A DNA stretch of 61,040 bases from IMG/VR virus record IMGVR_UViG_3300017917_001941, one strand, 5' to 3'. How positions within the stretch are numbered: position 1 is the stretch's first letter; each line of letters opens with the position of its first letter. This document shows positions 38,489 through 47,267 of the stretch, piece after piece. The translations under genes and the position numbers were made by a program. Below the pieces are notes generated by a model. It did not search any database. It was not told where the DNA came from and saw nothing but the letters and a program-made list of their open reading frames with translations. This DNA is from an uncultured virus (IMG/VR IMGVR_UViG_3300017917_001941). Its lineage: Duplodnaviria > Heunggongvirae > Uroviricota > Caudoviricetes.

Positions 38489-39757
38489 ATGCCCCGCGAG
38501 CGCACAACCTGGAACCGAACCGAAATCGCTAAGGCGGCTGGCCTCAAGGTGGCCGACCCCTATACCATGAATCAGGAGCACTATAATCCTCCTGGCGACG
38601 AATATGTAATTGGTGACCCTTCGTCATTTGCTGAGGATGTGCATCCCTCTGGTGGCACTTGGGAAGCAGAGTATGCCGGTGGGCAGGTTAAACGTAACGA
38701 GATTGGGATGCCAGAGATGAGGGCTGATACTTTTAATCATGCAGAAAAGACGGCCTCTGAGGAATTCCTAACTAAGAAAGCGGCTCTGTGTGTCGCTATT
38801 GCTCGCGCGGTGCTCCCAAAGACAGCCTCTAACTCTGAGATCGAGGATCAGTCTTTTAGTTTTATGCATCTTCCTGATTCGGAAGTAATGTCTACTTACT
38901 CTCGTCTCGCTGGTCAGCAAGAACCTGAAGAAGAGAGTCAGGAAGACGAGGACGAGGACGAAGGGCAGGTTCAACAGAAACAGGGCGGCCAGATTCCTCC
39001 TCAGTTCAAGGAGAATGTGGAGAAGAAGAAGGAAGAGGCCAAGGAAAAGAAGGAACAGGAATCGGGTCAGAGTCAGCAGAAAAAGGCTCAAGATCAGATT
39101 TCTCAGCTTCAGCAGCAGGCGCAGCAGATTCAGCAGCAGATTGCGCAACTTCAGCAACAACAAGCTCAGGCCCAACAACAGGCTCAGCAGCAAATGCAGA
39201 TGGCTCAGTGTCAGCAGGTCCAATCTCAAGCTCAGGCAGTTTCCCAAGCTGTGCAGCAGGCGATTGCTCAGGGTCAGGACCCTGTCCAGGCTGTTCAGCA
39301 AGTGATGCAATCCCAGCAGCAACAGGCTCCTATGGCCCAGCAGCAACAGTCTGTGTCTCAAGATTCTGAGTTGATTGATGCTATGCTGGCTCAAGACCCT
39401 ATTCAGGCTCCGACAGCAGAGATGGACATTCAGATTGAAGCCCCCACGATGGACGTAGGTGAGGCTCAGCTAGGACCTGAAGACGACGTTCTCAATCAAC
39501 TCTTTGCCTCGCATCAGGAAGTGCGGCTTGCGCAACAGGCACAGGGGCAAGAACCTGAGGATCAGGGGCAAGTCCAGCAGAAGCAAGCACATGTTGTGCG
39601 TACTGCTTCCATGCGTACTGTTGGCACTCGTCCGACTGCTGGAGTGAGCCAGATCGGTGGACTTCCGTCAGCTAGTGCCGGTGGAGATAAGCTTTCTAGC
39701 TTGTGGAATTCAGCACCAGATGTTCGTGAGGCTTTTGGCCTTCCGACGAATCGATGA
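38489..39757 (+). CDS. Putative scaffolding protein with a Gln-rich low-complexity region
   Basis: AAGGA RBS; acidic then Q/A-rich helix; position between protease and capsid genes; KTAS twice, RTAS. Confidence 0.55.
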   Translation: MPRERTTWNRTEIAKAAGLKVADPYTMNQEHYNPPGDEYVIGDPSSFAEDVHPSGGTWEAEYAGGQVKRNEIGMPEMRADTFNHAEKTASEEFLTKKAALCVAIARAVLPKTASNSEIEDQSFSFMHLPDSEVMSTYSRLAGQQEPEEESQEDEDEDEGQVQQKQGGQIPPQFKENVEKKKEEAKEKKEQESGQSQQKKAQDQISQLQQQAQQIQQQIAQLQQQQAQAQQQAQQQMQMAQCQQVQSQAQAVSQAVQQAIAQGQDPVQAVQQVMQSQQQQAPMAQQQQSVSQDSELIDAMLAQDPIQAPTAEMDIQIEAPTMDVGEAQLGPEDDVLNQLFASHQEVRLAQQAQGQEPEDQGQVQQKQAHVVRTASMRTVGTRPTAGVSQIGGLPSASAGGDKLSSLWNSAPDVREAFGLPTNR

Positions 39758-39876
39758 AACTATTTATACGGGGATTCAAATGAGTCCCCCGTATATTAGG
39801 ACTCTCAGCCCTCCGGGTTGCCTAGATGTAAATGCAAATGTGAAGAATCCCCAACTTTTCCGCAAGGAGTGTCGAT

Positions 39877-40503
39877 ATGAGTATGCGCGGACAAAGCTCG
39901 GGAGACTTCCGAGAGACCAGCGGTAGGGTCCAACTCTTCCACGTCGTCACGCGTAACAGCGTTGGCGCTCTGGCAGCTGATGGCCTTACTCAGGACAACC
40001 CGGTCGTCTATACGAGCGCGTCAGTAAAGTCTACTACCCTTACAGGTATCACCAAGAAGGGCGTTCTTGGTGGCTCGGTAGCGTTTACTCGCCCACAGGC
40101 CGGGAACAACATCATCGGTGGTCCCTCCGTTACGGCCGGTCCAGCTTTTTTGGCTGGTATCCGCCCCCTTGGCATCTTCATCAATGATGCTGTGGGCAAC
40201 GCGTATGAAAACACTCCGGGACCGGCTTCCGGCCGTGCTCCGTACGTGAGCGGTATGGGTTCATGCGTTGGCGTAACTATCTACGAAACGCAAAAGCTTC
40301 AAGGTCAGAATGCTGGTGATGCACTCACCGCATACTCTCCTGGACAGAAGCTTTACGCTTCGGCTAACGGACTCCTTACTAACCGCATCGAGGACGCATA
40401 CGAGTATCTCCAGGGTGACACCACTGGCGTCACATTGGTGGGTATCGTTAAGGCCGCTCCCGACGCCAATACTCCAATGCTCGTGCTGGACCTCCGAGTC
40501 TGA
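39877..40503 (+). CDS. Capsid decoration/cement protein
   Basis: AAGGAG RBS; RPLGIFINDA, YSPGQKLYASANGLLT, VGIVKAAP; immediately upstream of the MCP; C-ending codon bias like the MCP. Confidence 0.65.
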   Translation: MSMRGQSSGDFRETSGRVQLFHVVTRNSVGALAADGLTQDNPVVYTSASVKSTTLTGITKKGVLGGSVAFTRPQAGNNIIGGPSVTAGPAFLAGIRPLGIFINDAVGNAYENTPGPASGRAPYVSGMGSCVGVTIYETQKLQGQNAGDALTAYSPGQKLYASANGLLTNRIEDAYEYLQGDTTGVTLVGIVKAAPDANTPMLVLDLRV

Positions 40504-40527
40504 GCAGAAAGGAAGAAAGGCACGAAC

Positions 40528-41400
40528 ATGGTTACCAACGAGATCAAGCAACAGATTATCTCTGAGTATATCAAGACCGCCGCTGGCCGCGCCAAGCTGG
40601 CTGCCTCGATGATTCAGCCCCTCCGTATGCGCCGTGACTATACTGCCGTAGGGAGGAAAACATTCCTTGTCGAAGCGCTTCCGGACGGAGCCCTCCCTGT
40701 CTACGATAAGGATCCGGATGTAACGGCTTATGTCGTGGGTGAGGAAGGCGAGAATATCCTTGCTATTCAGAAGCCTCGCCGGGTCATCTTCCCGCTGTTC
40801 GAAATCGCTTCGAACCCGGAGATTCCCCTCACTCAGATCAAGGAGCGTCGCTTCGATTTGATCGAGCGCTCTCAGGACCTTGCTAAGGCTCAGGTTCAGG
40901 CCGCAGAAGATGAGCGTGTGTTCGCAGTCCTGGACAGCATCGCTGTTTCTGGCTTCGACACCCTCCCCGGCCAGACCAACCCGGATATCAACGTGGTTGC
41001 CCCCATCTCTCCGAGCGTCCTCGCTGACGCGTTCGCTGAGGTGGAGCGCCATGACTTGAGGGTGGCGAGGATCTACATGAATGCGACGGACTATGCGGAT
41101 ATCCGTAAGTTCGGTCGTGATATCCTCGATATCGAAAGCCAGGCCGTTTTGCTCAAGACTGGTTTGCAAGCGACCCTCTGGGGTGCGCAAATCATCACGA
41201 GCCGTTTGGTCCCGGCAGGCTTCGTGTACATAGCGGCGGAACCCGAGAACTTCGGCAGGTTCCCAGTTCGCACGGAGTTGACAGTCCTCTCTGCTGACGA
41301 TCCCAAGGCTCGTACAATTGGTTTCAGTTGTTTCGAGAACGTCGGTATCGGAGCCTTCAACCCGAGGGGTCTCACCCGTTTGGTTGTTACCCGAGTCTAA
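40528..41400 (+). CDS. Major capsid protein (HK97-like fold), 290 aa
   Basis: RDYTAVGRKTFLVEALPDGALPVYD, FEIASNPEI, QAAEDERVF, IYMNATDYADI, LWGAQIITS; biased codons; strong terminator after it. Confidence 0.85.
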   Translation: MVTNEIKQQIISEYIKTAAGRAKLAASMIQPLRMRRDYTAVGRKTFLVEALPDGALPVYDKDPDVTAYVVGEEGENILAIQKPRRVIFPLFEIASNPEIPLTQIKERRFDLIERSQDLAKAQVQAAEDERVFAVLDSIAVSGFDTLPGQTNPDINVVAPISPSVLADAFAEVERHDLRVARIYMNATDYADIRKFGRDILDIESQAVLLKTGLQATLWGAQIITSRLVPAGFVYIAAEPENFGRFPVRTELTVLSADDPKARTIGFSCFENVGIGAFNPRGLTRLVVTRV

Positions 41401-41428
41401 AACTAGGCACTTTCGAGTAGCTGCCCTA

Positions 41429-41468
41429 ACTAAAGCCCAGGAAAACCTCCTGGGCTTTAGTCTATTTT
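41429..41468 (+). terminator. Intrinsic terminator after the major capsid gene
   Basis: ACTAAAGCCCAGGA / TCCTGGGCTTTAGT perfect 14-bp stem, 5-nt loop, then CTATTTT. Confidence 0.8.
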
Positions 41469-41509
41469 ACCCTTGACGCATATTCTTTGATTGTGTTTAT
41501 TCTTCGTCA

Positions 41510-41538
41510 TTGACATAAAGGGTCGGACAGTTTATCCT
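41510..41538 (+). promoter_or_regulatory. Sigma70-type promoter
   Basis: TTGACA (41510-15), 17-nt spacer, TATCCT (41533-38); predicted start falls at or next to ATG 41546. Confidence 0.6.
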
Positions 41539-41545
41539 GGTGCTG

Positions 41546-43468
41546 ATGTTGAGCACTCAGACAGAATTGACAGAAGAAGAACTTCGTAGGCTTTATCTTG
41601 TTGAAGGTCTGACAGAAGGGGAGATAGCTTCTAAGTTCGGTACTTACCAGGTTAGGGTCAATCGTCTTCGGAAAAAGTTTGGCATCCCTACGCAGGTTAA
41701 GACGGACAGGTTGAAGTTGCCGGAGGTTCTTTCTCCTAGACTCCTTTCTGTTCTTGTGGGTTCCATGCTCGGAGATGGGGGTCTTCAGGCTACGGGTACC
41801 CAAACTGCAAGTTATATTGAGCACCACTCTATTAGGCAAAAGGACTACCTAGCTTGGAAGATCCAAGAGTGGGGTTTATTTGCGTCTAGTTGTCTTCCTT
41901 CAAATAAGGGCAGTTACTTGGGTTTTCGATTTAGGACTCATGGGTGCCGAGCTTTATTTCCGTATTGGAAAATTTTCTATCCAAGTGGTGTTGGAGACAA
42001 GACTTTTGCAGACTTGGACGTGGACCTTGTTGATGATTTGGCCTTAGCCGTCTGGTTTTTGGATGACGGTTCTAGAACGACGAGTAGTGTTCGATTTCCT
42101 GTAGGGCCAGACGCTAAGAATCAGAAGGTTCAACTCAAAGTCCTCCGAAAGTTCGGTCTTGATGTGGCGCTATACAACGACCCTGAGGATACTTCTATTC
42201 ACATTGGAGGGCGTAGCTCATTAACCAAGTTTGTTGACCTAGTAAGCCCTCATATCCCCTCTTGTATGAGCCATAAACTGGAATTGGAAGTAGTACGTCA
42301 AGCCGGTCCGGCTCCGAGAGATATTCTGACTCCGGAAAAAGTTCAGGCTATGCTCGATCGAGGTATGTCAGCTCAGGCAATCGCTTTAGTATTTGGTGTT
42401 TCTCGAGGTAGTGTTGGTAGAGCTATGGCTAGGATGGGGGCTCCAAGTAGGCCTACTGGTCGTCCCAGGAAATCGGATTTCGAGTTCACTTTAGAGGAAG
42501 CAACTTCTGCAATTAGTAATCTCAGCACCAATTCTTCGGAATTTATAGATGAGGTGGTCAAGATTCTAATGCGAATGCAGGCTCCGTTGCCAGCTCCAAC
42601 ACAAGTAGAGGTTGCGCATGATGTGGATCTCTTGAAGAAGTGTCCAACTTATTTTGACGGGTCCGAATTCAGGGCAGTCTCTAAGGCTGGTTCTGTGCTC
42701 TGCTCTAAGCATTTCCTTTATAGGTGGGATGCTAGATATCGAGATCAGCCTTCGGTGAAACAAGCTTGGTACGATGAAAAGTACCTTAGGCAAGCGATTA
42801 GTTTTCAGCTCAGGGTTGGGGACCCTGTGACTCCTATCCGTGTGTTTCGAGCTATTCAAGCAGTGGTTCTCGGACCAACTAATTTTCGACCCTCCCTTGC
42901 TAAGGCCGTTGTCGAAGCCTTTGCTCCTGTTGGAGGTTTGGTCCTTGACCCTTGTGCAGGATACGGAGGAAGGGCGGCCGGTACATTATCCTCTGGGCGT
43001 AGTTACTTAGGAGTGGATCCTAACCCCAAGGCGCAAGCAGCTTTTTTGGGTATGGCGTCGGATCTTGGTAGGGAGATTAGGTTCTATAATCAACCATTTG
43101 AGGAGTTTGATGAACCATCTCTCGGGGCGGATCTAGTCTTCACGAGTCCTCCTTATTATTCTATGGAGCGATACTCAGACGACTCAACCCAGAGTTGGGT
43201 TCGGTACAAAACTTGGGATTCTTGGCTAAGAGGGTTTTTGGGTCCATTTGTAAAGAAGTCTTGGTTACACTTGAAGCCCAGGGGAACCTTTTGTGTGAAC
43301 ACTAAAGACATTAGATTTGGCAAGAACTTATTTCCTATCGGAGGAGAGTTAGTTAGGCTTGCTTCGGAAATTGGGTTTAAGCTGGAAAAAACACTGACTA
43401 TTCCGCTTGGTAGGATTGGAAAGGATATGAAAACCGAGCCTCTTTTTGTTTTCCGTAGGCCTGGGTAG
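41546..43468 (+). CDS. HTH + LAGLIDADG endonuclease + HTH + amino-DNA methyltransferase fusion
   Basis: LVGSMLGDG and LAVWFLDDG (two-motif LAGLIDADG); VLDPCAGYGGR at 42941 (motif I) and VFTSPPYY at 43142 (motif IV); single frame. Confidence 0.85.
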   Translation: MLSTQTELTEEELRRLYLVEGLTEGEIASKFGTYQVRVNRLRKKFGIPTQVKTDRLKLPEVLSPRLLSVLVGSMLGDGGLQATGTQTASYIEHHSIRQKDYLAWKIQEWGLFASSCLPSNKGSYLGFRFRTHGCRALFPYWKIFYPSGVGDKTFADLDVDLVDDLALAVWFLDDGSRTTSSVRFPVGPDAKNQKVQLKVLRKFGLDVALYNDPEDTSIHIGGRSSLTKFVDLVSPHIPSCMSHKLELEVVRQAGPAPRDILTPEKVQAMLDRGMSAQAIALVFGVSRGSVGRAMARMGAPSRPTGRPRKSDFEFTLEEATSAISNLSTNSSEFIDEVVKILMRMQAPLPAPTQVEVAHDVDLLKKCPTYFDGSEFRAVSKAGSVLCSKHFLYRWDARYRDQPSVKQAWYDEKYLRQAISFQLRVGDPVTPIRVFRAIQAVVLGPTNFRPSLAKAVVEAFAPVGGLVLDPCAGYGGRAAGTLSSGRSYLGVDPNPKAQAAFLGMASDLGREIRFYNQPFEEFDEPSLGADLVFTSPPYYSMERYSDDSTQSWVRYKTWDSWLRGFLGPFVKKSWLHLKPRGTFCVNTKDIRFGKNLFPIGGELVRLASEIGFKLEKTLTIPLGRIGKDMKTEPLFVFRRPG

Positions 43469-43835
43469 TTCTGGTGAGGTACCCTATACTTTGGTAGAAA
43501 GGCACTGACTTTGGACGTGTTCCTTTCGTTTACAATCTTGCAGGTGAGGCCAATACAATAAGGGTTCCGAAAATAGTCATGTAAGACTCAAAATCCTTCT
43601 TGTGTATTCGTCAGGTCGAGGTTAACTTTGCGGAACAGACTGTCAGGGTGGCTTGCTTCGGGTAATCGGAAGAGATATTGACGTGGTACACTACAGACTC
43701 AGAGGATCGCAAGGACAGAGGACGGGGTAAGTTGCTCTTATAGTTTTCCACTAGACCTTAGGGCCTAGTCGGTGTAAAGTTGAGTCGCTAAAGGGTACCA
43801 CGCAAAACCCTCTTTGGAGATCAGAAGGAATTCAA

Positions 43836-44189
43836 ATGACGAAGACACAGTTGATCAGTGCAATCGCAGAAGAAATGGATAACACGACGAAGACTCATGT
43901 TCGAGCCTTCCTGACCGCCATAAATACAGTGGCTGGAAAGACCCTCCGGAAAGAGGGGAGCTTTGTGCTTCCAGGGGTTGTGAAGTTTGTTCTCGCTAAG
44001 GTTCCGGCAAAGCCGGAACGTAAGGCCCGAAACCCGGCGACTGGTGCCGTGATGATGGTCCCCCCAAAGCCCCCTTCAAAAAAGCTTAAGGCTCGCTTCC
44101 TGAAGGCTATCAAAGTGGATGTCGGCCAGCTTCCCGCGCCTCCCTCGAAGACCCCAAAGCGAAGCCCGAGGAAGGCTGCTTCCAAGTAA
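43836..44189 (+). CDS. hup: HU-family DNA-binding protein with a basic C-terminal tail
   Basis: MTKTQLISAIAE, FVLPGVVKF, RKARNPATG; tail PPSKTPKRSPRKAASK; AAGGA RBS. Confidence 0.9.
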   Translation: MTKTQLISAIAEEMDNTTKTHVRAFLTAINTVAGKTLRKEGSFVLPGVVKFVLAKVPAKPERKARNPATGAVMMVPPKPPSKKLKARFLKAIKVDVGQLPAPPSKTPKRSPRKAASK

Positions 44190-44218
44190 CGCTATCGGTC
44201 CTTTTCTGGGAATCTAAA

Positions 44219-44257
44219 GTGGGCTGAAGTCACAGTACTCTCAGCCCACAGGTTTTT
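44219..44257 (+). terminator. Probable intrinsic terminator
   Basis: GTGGGCTGA / TCAGCCCAC stem followed by AGGTTTTT. Confidence 0.55.
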
Positions 44258-44262
44258 AACTT

Positions 44263-44751
44263 ATGGATTCACTCATTGACCTTCCCGCGCCTCCATTCAA
44301 GGGCTCTTTTGTGGTTTTGGTCGAACCAGAGGTGGTCAGGATAGGAGAAGCTCGTTGTGTACAAACTCGTGTTGCTAGTATCAGTGCGGGAACGTACAGA
44401 AGAGTAGCCTTGCTAGCGTGGACTAAGGCTCCTGTTTATGAATTTCACCGGAGATTCAGGTCTGATCAGATTACTCCGTGTAGGGATTTTTTTAGACTCT
44501 CCGAGCCCTTGTTGAATTTCATCAATGATTGTCGTGTAAGTCTAGGATTTTCTCGGGTTGATTTGGTTCAGCTTTGGGAATTTGGAGGTCCAATCCCAAG
44601 TGAAGTGAGCTCAGAGGGTGGGGGGGTTGAGGTCACTAAGTTGAAAGTTTCAGAGGGGGAGAAAAGCCGTCTCGGGCGATACTATACACATTTGAGATGG
44701 CATTCCACCCCTAAGCTCAAGTGTGAGTTTTGCGAAGGAACAAAGATCTAA
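44263..44751 (+). CDS. Hypothetical protein
   Basis: 162-aa ORF ending H..H..CEFC; weak RBS. Confidence 0.45.
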   Translation: MDSLIDLPAPPFKGSFVVLVEPEVVRIGEARCVQTRVASISAGTYRRVALLAWTKAPVYEFHRRFRSDQITPCRDFFRLSEPLLNFINDCRVSLGFSRVDLVQLWEFGGPIPSEVSSEGGGVEVTKLKVSEGEKSRLGRYYTHLRWHSTPKLKCEFCEGTKI

Positions 44752-44809
44752 TATCTCTCTTATAGGGCCCCTATGGTAAAGTTGTACATCTACCCTATAG
44801 GAGACCCAG

Positions 44810-46108
44810 ATGACACCTAATCAGATCAGATTTACACCCGGACGCCTTGATCGGTATATCTCTACGAAGTCATTTCAACTTGGGAATACAGGTCAAAGTG
44901 TGTTGGATGGAATGGAGATTTTGTTTGACGGTACAAATGTCGAGTTGAATGGCTGTAGGTTCACTCTTCCGACCCTTCGGGGCGCGATAAAATTGGGTTG
45001 GCTTGTATTAGCTGAAAACTATAATCCTGATGAGAGTCCTCCGCCTGCAATCTCAGCAAATATCGGGGTTCGAGCTGCAAATGATCTTGGTCAAAATCCT
45101 TTCAGTCCGGCTAAGCGTTCCGCGATTGTTACAGTTGAGTCTGATGAACGGGTAGTAATGTCTCGTGAGGAGAGGACTCGACAAGCGGCCCAGCGCACTA
45201 CGGATGTTCGAGCTAGTCAGGGACGAGCAGGAGCCTTTGTTGCTCGTGGAAATGCTCCAGATGTGGGTGGAGCAGAGTTTGGTATTCCTGTTCAAAGAAC
45301 GTTTCAAACTCCGGCTAAAATGGATATGCAGATTACTCCAAATAATGTGGGGTCTGCAATTCGTCAGGCAGATCAGGTGAAAATTCAGCCCGGACAGGGG
45401 GTGACTGAGGAAGAGTTACTAGCCCAGATGGACGAAGGGCAGAGGGCACAGTATGTTGCCGAAAAGGAGGCTCGCAAACAAGATGTCATGACTCGGACTC
45501 CAGGGTACATTCCTCCTCCGGTAGTTACCACCAACTTAGCAAGTTTGAATAATCAGAAGCCATATCAGGCCCCTAGTAAGACACGGGTAGTAACGGCTTC
45601 GTCTCCGGTTCAGGTAGGTAAGGTTGCTCCGACACAGACTCGAGTCCAAGAAGGAATTTCTGTGGGTGTGACAACTGGTGGTGGAACGGAGATATTCGAT
45701 CCCTCCTCTATGAATTCTGGTCAAAAGGCAGAAGAGTCTTTTGTGTCTGTAGAGGGAATCACTTTCCGTAATACCAATGGACCAAAAAAGGCGTTTCCAG
45801 GGTTGACTCCAGTGAGTACTGATCAAGCCACGGAAGTGCTACAGCCATTAACTGGCTACCCAGAGGAAACTCAATCTAGGATAGAGAAAGACGGTACGGC
45901 AGACGCTCGTAGGCAGATTGCAAAGACAATCTGCCCGGACTTTCCGGCAGAGTATAGTTTTTCCGATCATTGGAAGCGTCGTTTGGCTATGATTCGGCTA
46001 AATTACGAAGGTCGATTCGACGTGATTCGTGCTATCTTTTCGGCTGAGAGTGACGATTTTAAGAGGGTGATCATGGAGGAGTTCCCTGAGGCCTTTCAAT
46101 CATGCTAG
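44810..46108 (+). CDS. Hypothetical protein (folded termini, disordered middle)
   Basis: AGGAG RBS; 432 aa. Confidence 0.65.
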   Translation: MTPNQIRFTPGRLDRYISTKSFQLGNTGQSVLDGMEILFDGTNVELNGCRFTLPTLRGAIKLGWLVLAENYNPDESPPPAISANIGVRAANDLGQNPFSPAKRSAIVTVESDERVVMSREERTRQAAQRTTDVRASQGRAGAFVARGNAPDVGGAEFGIPVQRTFQTPAKMDMQITPNNVGSAIRQADQVKIQPGQGVTEEELLAQMDEGQRAQYVAEKEARKQDVMTRTPGYIPPPVVTTNLASLNNQKPYQAPSKTRVVTASSPVQVGKVAPTQTRVQEGISVGVTTGGGTEIFDPSSMNSGQKAEESFVSVEGITFRNTNGPKKAFPGLTPVSTDQATEVLQPLTGYPEETQSRIEKDGTADARRQIAKTICPDFPAEYSFSDHWKRRLAMIRLNYEGRFDVIRAIFSAESDDFKRVIMEEFPEAFQSC

Positions 46109-46181
46109 GACTGTCTCGTTTCTATAGCTAGTAGGATCACACTTATCCTCTTGTAGCTTCCTTGTTTCGACGAGGAGTTAC

Positions 46182-47261
46182 ATGGCTCTATACCCAAAGA
46201 CCAACTCGACCTGTGAGGATTATGAGGCCACTTCGAGTGACCTTGTGACTGCGGCTGTTGCGAAAGAATCAGGTATTATGGTATACCTGATGGAGGAACT
46301 CACGGATGCCCGCCTTCGTTGTGATCAGCTCAAAAAGTTTGTGGCGCAGGCAGTTCGACTCATAGCACAGTCGAGTCACCGAGATCACTTTTACGAGGTC
46401 GCTGGAGACATCATTTATGGCCTTCCTGACTCCCTTTTTAAGTTAGATAAGGCACTGTCTGCTACAGCGCTTGCTGCTTCTCGGTTCGATTATGAGGAAC
46501 TGAAGACTCAGCTAAAGCCTGAAAAAGTAACAGAGCTGGAGGATGTTCTACGGAATGTCCGTCTTCGTCAAATTGATCGTCGCGCTCCCTTTATTCAGCC
46601 CAAGCCTGCAAGTATTCCAATACGAAAAGGATCCACTCCCATGTTTAAGGCCGCCTCTAAGAATCATATTGCAAGTGCCCTTCGGCGTATTGCCTCTGAT
46701 GTAGAGGCTGCTCGTATCTCCCCTGCTGAGGCATCCCGTCGTCTTTCTCGTGTAAGGATGGCCCTTTCTCAGACTGCCCAAGAGGCGATTGATTCGATGG
46801 GTCCTGTCGAGGCGAACAGCCGTGAGGAGGTCATGAAGGGTTTCAAGTCGGCGAACCCTGACCTAACTAAGGACCAGCTTGAAGAGATTGCGGATCAGTG
46901 GGAAAAGAATAAGGACGTGGTCAAGGATAAAGCGTCTAGTTCGGAGGGTAGGCAGTCTAGATTTGAGCAAGGTAAGCCAGCTGACCCTACGGAAAACATG
47001 TCTCCCGAAGACGCAAAGAAGTGGAAAGATATGAACGAAGAGCATGGAGACAACTTCAAGTCAGCCTCAAGCTCAGACCGAATATCGCGTCTCGTACAAT
47101 CTATTGAGGACGAACTAAATCAATTCAAGTCTTCCTGGAAAAAGTATGAAGACTCTCCTGGAAAGTTTGGACCCCAATTGGAAAATGCTAAGAAAGCTAT
47201 GGCCGCGATTGGTGTGGCAACTCGTACTGCGATCCGAACCATTGAGGGTTTGAGTAAGTGA
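46182..47261 (+). CDS. Hypothetical head/internal protein
   Basis: GAGGAG RBS; helical modules separated by KESG, KAAS, RIAS, KSAS; internal AAGGA...ATG at 46641. Confidence 0.6.
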   Translation: MALYPKTNSTCEDYEATSSDLVTAAVAKESGIMVYLMEELTDARLRCDQLKKFVAQAVRLIAQSSHRDHFYEVAGDIIYGLPDSLFKLDKALSATALAASRFDYEELKTQLKPEKVTELEDVLRNVRLRQIDRRAPFIQPKPASIPIRKGSTPMFKAASKNHIASALRRIASDVEAARISPAEASRRLSRVRMALSQTAQEAIDSMGPVEANSREEVMKGFKSANPDLTKDQLEEIADQWEKNKDVVKDKASSSEGRQSRFEQGKPADPTENMSPEDAKKWKDMNEEHGDNFKSASSSDRISRLVQSIEDELNQFKSSWKKYEDSPGKFGPQLENAKKAMAAIGVATRTAIRTIEGLSK

Positions 47262-47267
47262 GGGGTA

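Noticed and set aside
33049..39394. Long Leu-rich minus-strand ORFs (33049-33669, 38768-39394)
   Set aside because: Mirror translations of K/E/Q-rich sense codons
39765..39795. Hairpin TATACGGGGATTCA / TGAGTCCCCCGTATA as a terminator
   Set aside because: No proper T tract and it overlaps the candidate late-promoter motif; role unresolved
40261..41190. 309-aa antisense ORF opposite the capsid genes
   Set aside because: Explained by codon bias of the sense gene; no recognisable motif
39877..41400. Cellular encapsulin locus
   Set aside because: Terminase, portal, protease and scaffold context shows a phage head module
43469..43835. 367-nt gap as a tRNA or ncRNA locus
   Set aside because: No cloverleaf or convincing long stem seen by eye; only promoter-like motifs; a covariance-model search would be needed
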